Assembly: GCA_024704765.1 (NCBI GenBank)
Contig: JAKMXF010000321.1
Coordinates: 806,001 to 870,000, forward strand
Length of the DNA stretch: 64,000 bases
From: Oopsacas minuta
Taxonomy: Eukaryota > Animalia > Porifera
Reading direction: 5' to 3'
Below the pieces are notes generated by a model, which was given only the letters and a program-made list of their open reading frames with translations, was not told the DNA's origin and did no database searches. Shown in pieces: positions 10,257 to 20,736 of the stretch. The position numbers and the translations under genes were made by a program. Every line of letters begins with the position of its first letter. The stretch's first letter is position 1.

Positions 10257-11666
10257 AACAATATTATGAGCAAGATAACAAAACCTAATTAGCTGGAATT
10301 AGTTGAAAAAGAACTTATACGTGGCTATTGTATTTGAATGTTACCTGTGCAGATGTATACAATTCTGGTTTGTGCTGAACAGAATACGTCAAGAAGCATT
10401 TCGATGACTGAATGAAATGTTTCTCAAGTCTTGTTCTTAACAAACATGTGCTTGAATCTTGCTTGTTATAATCATATCATGGCGTAGTGTAGTGCAACTG
10501 TTATAGGGAGATATTAAAGGCGTACTGAGTCTTCCGAAGATCGAAAAAGCAAAGTCTGAGGGCCAAAGGAAGGGGTGGACAAATTTGTGTCTTGAGGAGG
10601 GGGCACAACGGATCAAATTTGTGCAGGTGAAAGATAAACACATTCACCTGATATATATTACTAGTTTGATGTTAGTTGTTACAGTTAGGATTTTAAGGAT
10701 TCATATAAGCCTTATCTAGTGAATTTGGAATTTTATATGGTTTCCTTCTGGAGAAATTGATATTCTATGAATATACAAGTTAGATTCGAGGAATTAATCC
10801 TTCTTCAGGTTACACTAATGCACATATCAATTTCAAAACAAATTCTTTCAGTGAATATTGAATTATTCAATCTTTAAAAAATATTTCTGTACATAGAAAA
10901 CTTCATGAATGAATTATACGTCATAAGATGGATTTTCCTGTAGACATCATTCAGCCATTGTGGCTAAAATTTATACAATTAATACCTCAAAAAGCGACAA
11001 CATGAAGGAACAAATGAATTTTAGTTTTGACCTTACATTTTGCAAGGGGCTAAAATGAAAGTGCACCCCAGAGGATCTTTTTAAGTGATGATTTCCTTCT
11101 TTCTTTCGGGTAAAACACAATAATTATTGCCATCGAAATCGTGTTGTCTCTTGATCTTCCCTAGATAAATATCTATTCATGGTGAATTGGATACTAATCT
11201 TTGTCTGTCTTTCCCGTTTTAGGAAATTGCAAAATATGATGTATGAATATTTAAGGTTGAATAAATGAAGAGTTGTACTTCTGTAATGTAATTCTCTTAT
11301 CCATGGTACAAAACGAAATGAATTGTATTTGCAAAGTTTATGATTTATTTATATACTAGCGCAGTTCGCTTGCCGCGACAGCTTAGTGTACCAGGTTAGC
11401 TTAAGTATTAAAAAACAACCAAATTTTATAGTGTTATTGGTCGCTACGCAACAGAATATACTCGGCACTACGTGCCTCGAATTCACAGATTAGTTAAAAT
11501 TTTTAGATTTTATTATCCATGGTCAATCTAAATTACATTCGATGGCCTTCTGTGGTGACACTGGAGATACTATATCGCTATTGGTGAGTAATCTCGGCAC
11601 TTTGCGCCTCGGGTATTAAGAAAATCTGAAATTTTTCGAGATTTGGAAATTTGGATTTTGGTCAGA

Positions 11667-11890
11667 ATCTTGACGTCATAACATTTGTCACATTAAGGGA
11701 TACCTGTGATTTAAATTTTAAACTTCTATCATGTTTATTTTTGGCTCAACAGTGGTAAAAATAATGTAATTTTTGAAATTCCAAAAGGTGACAATGACGT
11801 TATATTTTCGTCATAGGTGTGAATTTTCGTCCAAGACCCGAAATTGTCCGAGCCAGGTTAAAATACCCCTCTTAACATGCGTATTCAATC
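11667..11890 (-). mobile_element. Interspersed repeat family A, copy 2 (inverted)
   Basis: The reverse complement aligns by eye with 40134-40320 over ~190 bp and with 9691-9760. Adjacent palindromic motifs ctcggcactacgtgcctcg and ctcggcactttgcgcctcg at ~11461 and ~11593 may belong to the same element. Confidence 0.65.
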
Positions 11891-13376
11891 TGTCTGTGTT
11901 TTCCACTTATCTACACTATATTATGTGTAGATAATCTACGTCACACTTAACATATTCTCACAAGTTAGAAATAATTGGAGACATGTTGCACTAATACATC
12001 TAGATAGTAGTTGTGATTATTCAAATCGTCTCTTCATGAAGAAGAAACAAATTTCTGGTACGTTATCTCTCTTGTATCTATATGCTTTTCCCTGATCTGC
12101 TGCTTGCGTATAAAGGAAGTCATATTAGATTTTAAGTTAAGCATTAATGTAATCCTAAGTTGGTCCGAACTGCTCAGAAAATTCCAAAACATTCATCGGC
12201 GTTTAAGATTTAGTTTCCTTGCCTGGGAATTTTTAATTTTCCATGATGATTTAGTTGTTTGGTGTTCTGCTTATCTATTTAATTTTTGCAGCTAGAAATG
12301 AGTTGAAAATAAAAATAGTGCTGCGTTTCATCTTGTTTCGACTACTTATTAATCTCATTTATTCGATACACTAGCATGATTGGTGTCATATACAAAGTTT
12401 GATATATACCTTATTGCCGTTTAGCGTATGAATACTTCCACGATTTTCTCTGGCATATGGTATACATCATTTATACCAGCTTCTCTCGTAAGATCTTATC
12501 GTAATTCTCCTGATTTCTCATCTGCCCTGACTACATAATTCTTCCCTATTCATAGCAAAATTGTACATTTCAAATAAAATAATATATCTGATTTGTTTAT
12601 GCTCTCATGGAGCTGTGTTTTGTAATCGCAGAATATATCAATTTTGTGGACTTTCAAAACAATTACTCTCACAGTCTACTCAACAAAACAACAATAGCAA
12701 AGTAATTATTACTGACAATTAATGCCATTCATATAGCAAATATAAATATCCTTCTTCTTTGTAATAGTTCAATTGTGTAAAGTGAATTTATAAATATTTG
12801 TAACTTTATGTATAGAGTGGTTGTATATAAAAGATAACGCAAAATTCCTGAAGATTTTACCCTCCCTTAACAGTGGTGGGGTTATTGCAATACAAATTGA
12901 TGGAACTGTCACTTTGCTGCCTTACACCTCTATAGGTAACTGTACTTGAAGTTTGAACTGCTCCAATTTACAAACATTATCTTCATGGTATTTACTTGTA
13001 TTCAAGAGATAACCATTGTTGATTAATCGTATATAAGTTCTGTCAATATATTTACTTGACAATTATTGTGTAAGATAAAGTATCTCGACATGTTTAAATT
13101 AGTGGATCATGATACTTGCACAATTACATCACATTTTCTATATAATATATATCCCTAAACATTGACATACAATAAACTATTCTGTAATATCCCTATATAT
13201 TCCAATAAACATAATACTGATATATTATAAGCATTACATACTAGCACGTGAGTGATTACCAAATAATCAAGCATGTATGTAATGTATCCTATTAATGTAA
13301 ACATATACAAATACAAAATACTAAATTTTAAGTTAATTCATTAGAACAGAATATTGTATGTATTTGTAAAAGTGAA

Positions 13377-14561
13377 ATGGAAAATGCTAGCCAACCATCT
13401 GTCAAGGATTCTATCCAAATATCTCTCAACAAGACAGACCCAAGATATCTCAATTTGGATAGCTTTAAGGATCACTGGTATTATCCAATTCATATCCTAG
13501 AATCTATGTATACGGTTAGCTGTGTTTTCTGGTTAATCTATGCTGTTTTGGTTTTGATTTTAAATTTGAGGAAAAAATTATTGTTAAGAAAGAAGTTATT
13601 ATTTGATGATTATCAAATTCAAGATGAAATATTCAGGATTGATGAAACTTTTACTCGATTTTCCATTTTTCTTCTGTTTTTCATCTTTGAGTTGTTATTC
13701 TGTCTCTCTACTAACATTTATGGTATGTTATATAGCTTACTAACATTCATTTTACCATCTACAATACTCCCTATAGAAAATATATGTATTACAAAATCAG
13801 ATATATTCATTACAGAAATGTACGAGGATAAATCGATAATTGTATTCCTCAATTGCTTGTTCTGTTTGGAGAATTTTTCATTTTCTATGATGATTTGGCT
13901 GTTTGCTGTTGCCCTCCTGCACTTAAGTAATGCAGCTAGAAATAAACTGAAATTGAAAGAGGTATCTCAATTCCTATTAATCGGGACAGTGTTAAATGTG
14001 GTTACTCTATTATTCATGATTGTTCCTTATACAATTATTTTCGGTAAGATTGCACAGATTTTATTGAGTATTGTCAGTTACTTTATTGTGATTTACATTG
14101 CTAAGAAGAGATACTTTCCAGCAATCAATAGTCGTGTTGTAAATAGAAAAGGTGTATGTAGTTCTAGTGTGTATAAGAAACAGAAGAGGTTTACACGTCA
14201 TTTTAAGCTACTTATCATTTTCTTAATGCTCATATTCCAAATCTTCATTTTGAGAGATGTCATATTCTATGCTGTTTTTCTAGCTTCTGAATCTGTTAGC
14301 TTGGATCCCTGTTGGTTCCGTAACACATTCCATGCTTCTACCATCAATTTATATGTTAATACTGTAAATACATTAATATCTGCTGAAGGATATTTTCTAA
14401 TGTTGGTGCATTTGTTTGATATTATAGGATATTCCTCTTATATTGCGATTAATATCGCAGCTATAAGTTGCGTCATCTTCACTTTAGTAAAACGGGTTCG
14501 CTCAGGTTACAGAAGATATCGTGTGGATAACAACCAGCTGACTAGATCTCTCATCTCCTAG
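13377..14561 (+). CDS. Orphan 7TM membrane protein, family member 1 (394 aa, intronless)
   Basis: Seven hydrophobic segments; family motifs FxFEL...NIYG (TM2), MxWLFxxxLLHLxxAARN (TM3), KRYFPAINSRV (ICL3), PCWF (ECL3), tail YR...SLIS. Confidence 0.85.
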   Translation: MENASQPSVKDSIQISLNKTDPRYLNLDSFKDHWYYPIHILESMYTVSCVFWLIYAVLVLILNLRKKLLLRKKLLFDDYQIQDEIFRIDETFTRFSIFLLFFIFELLFCLSTNIYGMLYSLLTFILPSTILPIENICITKSDIFITEMYEDKSIIVFLNCLFCLENFSFSMMIWLFAVALLHLSNAARNKLKLKEVSQFLLIGTVLNVVTLLFMIVPYTIIFGKIAQILLSIVSYFIVIYIAKKRYFPAINSRVVNRKGVCSSSVYKKQKRFTRHFKLLIIFLMLIFQIFILRDVIFYAVFLASESVSLDPCWFRNTFHASTINLYVNTVNTLISAEGYFLMLVHLFDIIGYSSYIAINIAAISCVIFTLVKRVRSGYRRYRVDNNQLTRSLIS

Positions 14562-14961
14562 CGTACATTAATATCTGCTTTTATCTGTTATAATTGTATA
14601 ACTTGCGTTTCTTTAATATTAAGACTTGTATGTTTATATGACTATTATTTTGTTCGTGAAAATGAATATTTAGAGTATATTATTAACTGGATAATTATTC
14701 CCCAAATTATTATAAAATCAGTATTTTATTACATCTCTGAAGTCTCAGCAAAATGACATAAATAACAGCATAACTTCAAATGGATTACATCTAGTGATCA
14801 CCCATGTAACCCATCGACATGTGAACATTCATATTATTCTATCTATAAAATTTCTTTCTCATTTTTTCATACACTAAATTATTTTTATTAATTTTCATTA
14901 ATTTTCCAAAATATATAATATATTAAGTAACTGTAGTACATCCATTGGTTATAATATATTA

Positions 14962-16170
14962 TCAATAATGTTTTTCAGCAGCAGATAATAAGGGTGTAGT
15001 GCGTGTAGAATATACTTGATAACGATAATGATCTTTTTTGCTATCGCAGTATCTTCTCTGAAGGTATCTCTTTGAAGTGATATATATGAAAAGTAGACTG
15101 ATTAGAATCAAATCAATATAGACGATAAGGTCAATAATATGTCCGAATATTAAGAAGTAGGCACTGATTTTATGAAGAAGAATATTTGTGGACTCTGATA
15201 TGGTGAACATCGGTATTTGATAGGTCACATTAAACCAACAAGGATTTACACAAATAGATTGGAAAATGGCATACAAATTGAAGAAGAAAATATTCTTAAA
15301 GATGTATAGCTCAAAGGTAAATAAGAAGAATGAAACAAGCAGCTTATACTGTTTTAACAATTTCTTCTGTTGTAGATACACATTAGTATTATGGAGATGG
15401 TATGCATCTATAACACGACTATTCATGGCAGGAAAGAATTTCTTCTTAGCAATGAAAAGCACAATGATGAAACTGATTTGTTCCATCCAACTCTGTGCTA
15501 TGGTACCGAATAGACTAGTATATGGAATATATGCTACGGCCACTGTAACAAAATTGATAAGCATGCCTATTAAGATGAAATGAAGGAGACTTTTACTCCT
15601 CAACTCATTTCTAGCAGCATAAGTCAAATGGAGAAGAGAAGCACCAAACAACCAAATCATCATGAAAAATGAAAAATCACCAAACAAAGAGATAATATTC
15701 AGAAATATATTCATAAATCTAGTGTCATATGTAGTCCCGAGAAAACTTTCCGAATACAGAGAACAATTTTGGCCAATTGAGATTCTAATAATTTCAGGAA
15801 TATACAACATATATACTACGAACCCATAAATATTTATTATTAGACTGTATGTAAGTTCAAAGCAGAGAAAAAGCAAAAAGACAGAATTGCGTTGTATTTT
15901 CTCATTTTGGATGAAAATACGATTGTTATAATCGTCTTTGTAGCACAAAGTTAATATTACAAGTCTCTTCTTGTATCTTAATTGTGATCCTAGATCTAAT
16001 ACGACATAAACTAACCAGAATACACACAAGAATGTGTACACTATTGCTAATGCTTGGTCAAGATGATAGATGTTATCATCAACAGAATTCCAAATAGAAA
16101 AAAATTCTGTATTTTGATCTTTATTACTTATTATGTCAGTAGAGTTATTCATCGTATGTCTTAAGTTCAA
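14962..16170 (-). CDS. Orphan 7TM membrane protein, family member 2 (402 aa, intronless)
   Basis: N-terminal NNS sequon and seven TM segments; FLCFELTY..NIYG, QNCSL, MMIWLFGASLLHLTYAARN, FFPAMNSRVIDAYHLH, NPCWF, tail YRY...PLLS. Confidence 0.88.
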   Translation of the reverse strand: MNLRHTMNNSTDIISNKDQNTEFFSIWNSVDDNIYHLDQALAIVYTFLCVFWLVYVVLDLGSQLRYKKRLVILTLCYKDDYNNRIFIQNEKIQRNSVFLLFLCFELTYSLIINIYGFVVYMLYIPEIIRISIGQNCSLYSESFLGTTYDTRFMNIFLNIISLFGDFSFFMMIWLFGASLLHLTYAARNELRSKSLLHFILIGMLINFVTVAVAYIPYTSLFGTIAQSWMEQISFIIVLFIAKKKFFPAMNSRVIDAYHLHNTNVYLQQKKLLKQYKLLVSFFLFTFELYIFKNIFFFNLYAIFQSICVNPCWFNVTYQIPMFTISESTNILLHKISAYFLIFGHIIDLIVYIDLILISLLFIYITSKRYLQRRYCDSKKDHYRYQVYSTRTTPLLSAAEKHY

Positions 16171-16698
16171 TCTTATATTTGTTCTTTTATAGTTGAATTA
16201 TACTTATCTTGTGATATGATTATACCCTCAATGATAGTATAATTGTAATATATAGAAAGTTGTTCTATCATAACATTTATGACATTATTTTTAGAAAGGT
16301 TCAAAAGTTTCAAAAGTTTCAAAAGTTTCAATTAATCTTACATCATAAGTAGTTGTAAGTTTAACAATTGTATACATGTATAATAAAGGCAAATACGATT
16401 TGATTATAGTATACTAATCATAAATATACTTTACTGTTATCACTAATCATATGATAACACCGATCCGTATTTATAATTATACAAATATAGATTGGAACCC
16501 AAAATCACTTATGTTTTGGGATACTTCCTAACTAGGTGAATTATATGTGATATGGGAAAAGTTAAATATATTCCCAGTAATTGCATAACCCAGAAGAATA
16601 TAACAATTCTGTTAATTATTGACTAATATATACAAGGTTAACTATCATGAGGAAATATTAACAAACATAGATACTAAATATAATAAAGCTACTTCTAA

Positions 16699-17844
16699 TC
16701 AGGATAATAAAGGATTAGAACACACTTGATAACGATATCTTTCTCTGTCGTAAAATCTTCTCTTAAAACACTTCTTGGCTGTGACGTACATAATATTTAG
16801 ATTTACAAGAATAAAATTTAAGTAAACAACAAGATCAATCAAGCGAATACATGCAAAACAATAATCGCTGATTTGATTTAGAATCTGCTTAGTAGAATCT
16901 GGTATAGTGAACATAGAGACATGATAGGTGACGTGGAACCAGCAAGGATTATTGCTAATAGAATCTGTAATCGCATACAAGTTGAAGAACACAATATTCT
17001 TTAGAATATACACTTCAAATGTAAACAAGAAAACAAATACAAGCACCTTATACTGTTTTAACAATTTCTTCTGTTGCAGATACACATTAGTACTATGGAG
17101 ATGATATGCATCTATAACACGACTATTCATGGCAGGAAAGAATCTCTTCTTAGCAATGTAGACTACGATAAATAAACTGATTTGATCCATAAATGGTTGT
17201 GCTATGTTACCGAATATATTAATGTATGGTATAAACACGGAAATTATCACTAAGAGATAGATAACTATTCCTAACAAAATGAAAATTAACAGTATTTTTA
17301 CCCTAATTATATTTCTAGCAGCAAAACTCAAATGGAGAATTGAAGCTCCAAACAGCCAGAGCATCATAGAGAATGAAAAATCACGAAACGATGAAATTGA
17401 ATTTTGCAGGATACTAATAAATCTCTCATCGTACACATAACCAATAAATGTGTTAGAATTTAAGGAACAGTTGGTAGCAATTGGGATCTGAATATCTGTC
17501 CATTTGTGGCCTAGAGCTACGACTCCGAAAATATTGATATTCAAGCAGTAGGAAAGCTCAAAGCAGAGAAATACAAGAAAGATAACATACCGAAAAATAG
17601 TTTCTTTCTGCATGATGAGACGATTCGTATAATCGCAAGTGTAATCTTGATACATTAATGAAAGTAGTCTTCTTTTGTTTCGAATTTGTGTAACTATGCT
17701 TGCTATGACGTACGTTACCCACACGATGCATAACAAAGTGTATATTAATCCTAATGCCTGACCGGCATAGAACGCATAATCGATAACACCCCCAATGATC
17801 TCAGATATCTGAGAATTTGAATTGTTAGTAGCTTCTCTAAACAT
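16699..17844 (-). CDS. Orphan 7TM membrane protein, family member 3 (381 aa, intronless; closest paralog of member 2)
   Basis: Same motif set as member 2; ICL3 nearly identical to member 2; tail YRYQVCSNPLLS. Confidence 0.88.
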   Translation of the reverse strand: MFREATNNSNSQISEIIGGVIDYAFYAGQALGLIYTLLCIVWVTYVIASIVTQIRNKRRLLSLMYQDYTCDYTNRLIMQKETIFRYVIFLVFLCFELSYCLNINIFGVVALGHKWTDIQIPIATNCSLNSNTFIGYVYDERFISILQNSISSFRDFSFSMMLWLFGASILHLSFAARNIIRVKILLIFILLGIVIYLLVIISVFIPYINIFGNIAQPFMDQISLFIVVYIAKKRFFPAMNSRVIDAYHLHSTNVYLQQKKLLKQYKVLVFVFLFTFEVYILKNIVFFNLYAITDSISNNPCWFHVTYHVSMFTIPDSTKQILNQISDYCFACIRLIDLVVYLNFILVNLNIMYVTAKKCFKRRFYDRERYRYQVCSNPLLS

Positions 17845-18340
17845 CTAGTTACTTAGTTATTATCACAATATTACTCTACTGCCGAATTTTGTCCATATAT
17901 ACGCGTAACAGTACCTATTAACAAAGTCGGGAGTTGGAGTTGACATGTAATTTAATCTTTCAAAATGCTCATTTTATTTGTTACATTCGTTACTTCCAAT
18001 TACATTATGTACATTAACTCGGAATAGGTTCTATATTTGCTGAGCGAAATTCGCTCAGTTGTATGAGTAATATTTCTCACTGATAATATCATATTCTCTA
18101 GGATTGATAGAGTGTTTCTGTCATATTAATTAATTTTATTCTTCATTTATTATCCAAACTTATATTTTCCTTGAAAACAACTATCTGATTACAAATATTA
18201 TACTAGCTACATTTCTTAGATATATTATTTGATAACCTAATTATGAGATTATTATTATATAGGAATATGCCCCCCCTATCATATTGCCAGTATTTATATG
18301 AGTTATCTATCTTTCCAACCAAATTCAGTAATTCTGTAAA

Positions 18341-19546
18341 ATGTTATTGGAACAACAACAACAACAACAACAACGTTTGTTTATCAATATCTCGAACGGT
18401 AAAAATTCTCTTTTAACTCCAATTGTCGATCATTTGTATTACCTCAACCAAGTTGTTGCAGGATTCTATTCATTACTACTAGTGGTAATTTTCATATCTA
18501 TTTTAAGTTGGATAATTTCGTCTGTCAAACAAAAAAGGAAATTAGAGGCTATAAATAGCACAGATAATACAGAAGATACATGGAATAGTATTGGTGTGTA
18601 TAGAGAACGTATTCTTTCTTTCAGCATTGCTCTTGTACTACTTGTCTTTGAGATGGGATTCTCATTTACTTTTAATGTGATTGGATTCATTTACATTGCA
18701 TTTTCGGGACAAACCAAGGAACTAAATGTGAATATCAGTAATAACTGCGAGCTGACAGCTAATACATATTTAGCTGAAATTTATGGTTCGAATTCAGTGG
18801 ATTATGTTATGTTACCGATTATGGGTGGTTGTGGCAGATTTTGTTTTCTACTTACCATTTGGTTATTCTCTGTGTCTCTTGTTCATCTCAATTATGCCGC
18901 ATGTGAGCTTTATAAACCTAAAGTTTGTCTCTATTGGATTTTATTTGGGGTGTCTGTGGGAATTGTGATGTTCATCTTAATGCTATTAAAGTGGAGTAAT
19001 CTCTTCGCTGTATTCTTCCTGACCACATTAACACAAGGTAGTATGTTCTGTGTGATTTATAATTATGGAAAGTTTTCTACCTCAATGAAGATGAGAATAA
19101 ACGCAGCATATCATTCTAGAAATAAAGAATATTTGAACGAGCAGAAAAAACTGTTTAAGAAATATAGCAATCTTATCCCACTACTATCGTGTATATTTGA
19201 AATATTCATTTTCAAAGACCTGATAGTTTATAACTGCTATTTATTGCTTGAGACGTTCGCTTTGAATTCTTGTTGGTTTCGTGTCACTTTTGGAATTACT
19301 TCAATTATAAATTTATCAGTACCTACAATTAGGATTATGGCTGAAATAGCATTTTACTGTTTGGTTATTGTACGAATATTGGATTTCCTCTTTTTCACTC
19401 TTAATTGCATAGTTTTGTGTTGCTTTTTGTTAAAATCATACATTGGCTTAAGAAAGAAATATAGCAAAGCACTGAGGTATCGTTACAATTCTGAATATTT
19501 GAAGAATCCACTTATATCTAATGCTTCTACTGATCACACCCAATAA
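18341..19546 (+). CDS. Orphan 7TM membrane protein, family member 4 (401 aa, intronless, N-terminal Q7)
   Basis: LVFEMGF..NVIG, NNCEL, TIWLFSVSLVHL, MRINAAYHSRN..YLNEQKKLFKKY, NSCWF, tail RYRY...NPLIS; (CAA)7 at 18353-18373. Confidence 0.85.
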   Translation: MLLEQQQQQQQRLFINISNGKNSLLTPIVDHLYYLNQVVAGFYSLLLVVIFISILSWIISSVKQKRKLEAINSTDNTEDTWNSIGVYRERILSFSIALVLLVFEMGFSFTFNVIGFIYIAFSGQTKELNVNISNNCELTANTYLAEIYGSNSVDYVMLPIMGGCGRFCFLLTIWLFSVSLVHLNYAACELYKPKVCLYWILFGVSVGIVMFILMLLKWSNLFAVFFLTTLTQGSMFCVIYNYGKFSTSMKMRINAAYHSRNKEYLNEQKKLFKKYSNLIPLLSCIFEIFIFKDLIVYNCYLLLETFALNSCWFRVTFGITSIINLSVPTIRIMAEIAFYCLVIVRILDFLFFTLNCIVLCCFLLKSYIGLRKKYSKALRYRYNSEYLKNPLISNASTDHTQ

Positions 19547-19556
19547 TATATTTATT

Positions 19557-19653
19557 CTACTTGTATAGCTCTCTTCCCATTTCCAGTTCTCTCTACTTGT
19601 ACAGCTCTCTTCCCATTTCCAGTTCTCTCTACTAGTATAGCGCTCTTCCTTCC
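19557..19653 (+). repeat. 36-bp minisatellite, ~2.7 copies
   Basis: Unit ctacttgtatagctctcttcccatttccagttctct starts at 19557, 19593 and 19629 (third copy diverged and partial). Confidence 0.9.
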
Positions 19654-20120
19654 ATTCTATAACCAAGTCGTACATGATGCTCTATGATTTTACATGTCTA
19701 TATATTCATTTGTATGTATTTATATATTTTCTTATTTACATTTTGTATATTTATTTACAATTATATTTAATACCCAGAGAATACTTAAATGAGTAAACAG
19801 GACTGTAGCCATGTTTGTTACGATATTGTAAATTTATAGATTCCCTATGTAAATTAATCAGGTTTAAAATATAATAACGCTGTCTTGAGTATTTAGTTTG
19901 TTGTATCCAGTCAACAGGTCCTTAACACACAATTATTAATTTATTTGACTGTCCTATACTTTCTATATTTACCTCGAAAAGTGATTAAGTCCACCCACGA
20001 ACAACAGATTTGTAATTGAATCCAGACTGATTATTAAATTCATTCAAATACGAACACACACAATAATTCATATTAATAGTAGAATTTACACAAATTTCCT
20101 AATACAAAATGAAATCCGAA

Positions 20121-20195
20121 ATATAGATCCAAATATTGTGACTTTTGAGAGATAGGACTTGTATCTCTCAAAAGTCACAATATTGGGATCTATAT
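20121..20195. repeat. 75-nt hairpin: 34-bp inverted repeat with one mismatch and a 7-nt loop
   Basis: atatagatccaaatattgtgacttttgagagata-ggacttg-tatctctcaaaagtcacaatattgggatctatat. Confidence 0.9.
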
Positions 20196-20736
20196 GGATG
20201 CTTTATTTAGACCACTATTATTTGGAAATAGGAATGTTCTACTATAGCATTCTATGATTCTAAGTATTGAAAATTGAATTTTATGCACCAATGTGCACCG
20301 TATATGTTGCCTTGTTGCATCGTGCATGATGGATATTAGTATTTTACTATTTTAAGTGCAGAGACGGCAAACTGGGATATCAACAGTCTTTAAACGCCAT
20401 TCGCATTCGAGTATATCTATACCAAATATACATTAAACAAGCTAACTATGAATTCTCGGAAATAAGTTATATACAACGCAAATAAAACAAATTAGTGAAG
20501 TTTGTGGATATATTTGTCCTCGTACATTTGAGTCTAGCACTCTTGACATACTCGAATGTATTAGACAACGAATATTTGTTTTAACCTAATAATTATATAA
20601 TTCAACCAAATCAAAGGAAACAGGAACTAACAAAATATACTATCCAATAACAACATATAAGAACAATATACAATCTCTAATGATACATATTCTCTCTCAT
20701 ATACTATCACACGCACACAACACACTCCCCTGTAAA

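Noticed and set aside
10650-12560. Possible P-loop pseudogene (STGKSIL on the minus strand near 10940) and other coding-like stretches
   Set aside because: Multiple stops in all frames and no supporting G3/G4 or other family motifs; consistent with chance in AT-rich DNA.
16299-16330. (ttcaaaagt)3 and the similar (tagtcag)3 near 42465
   Set aside because: Short slippage repeats with no evidence of function.
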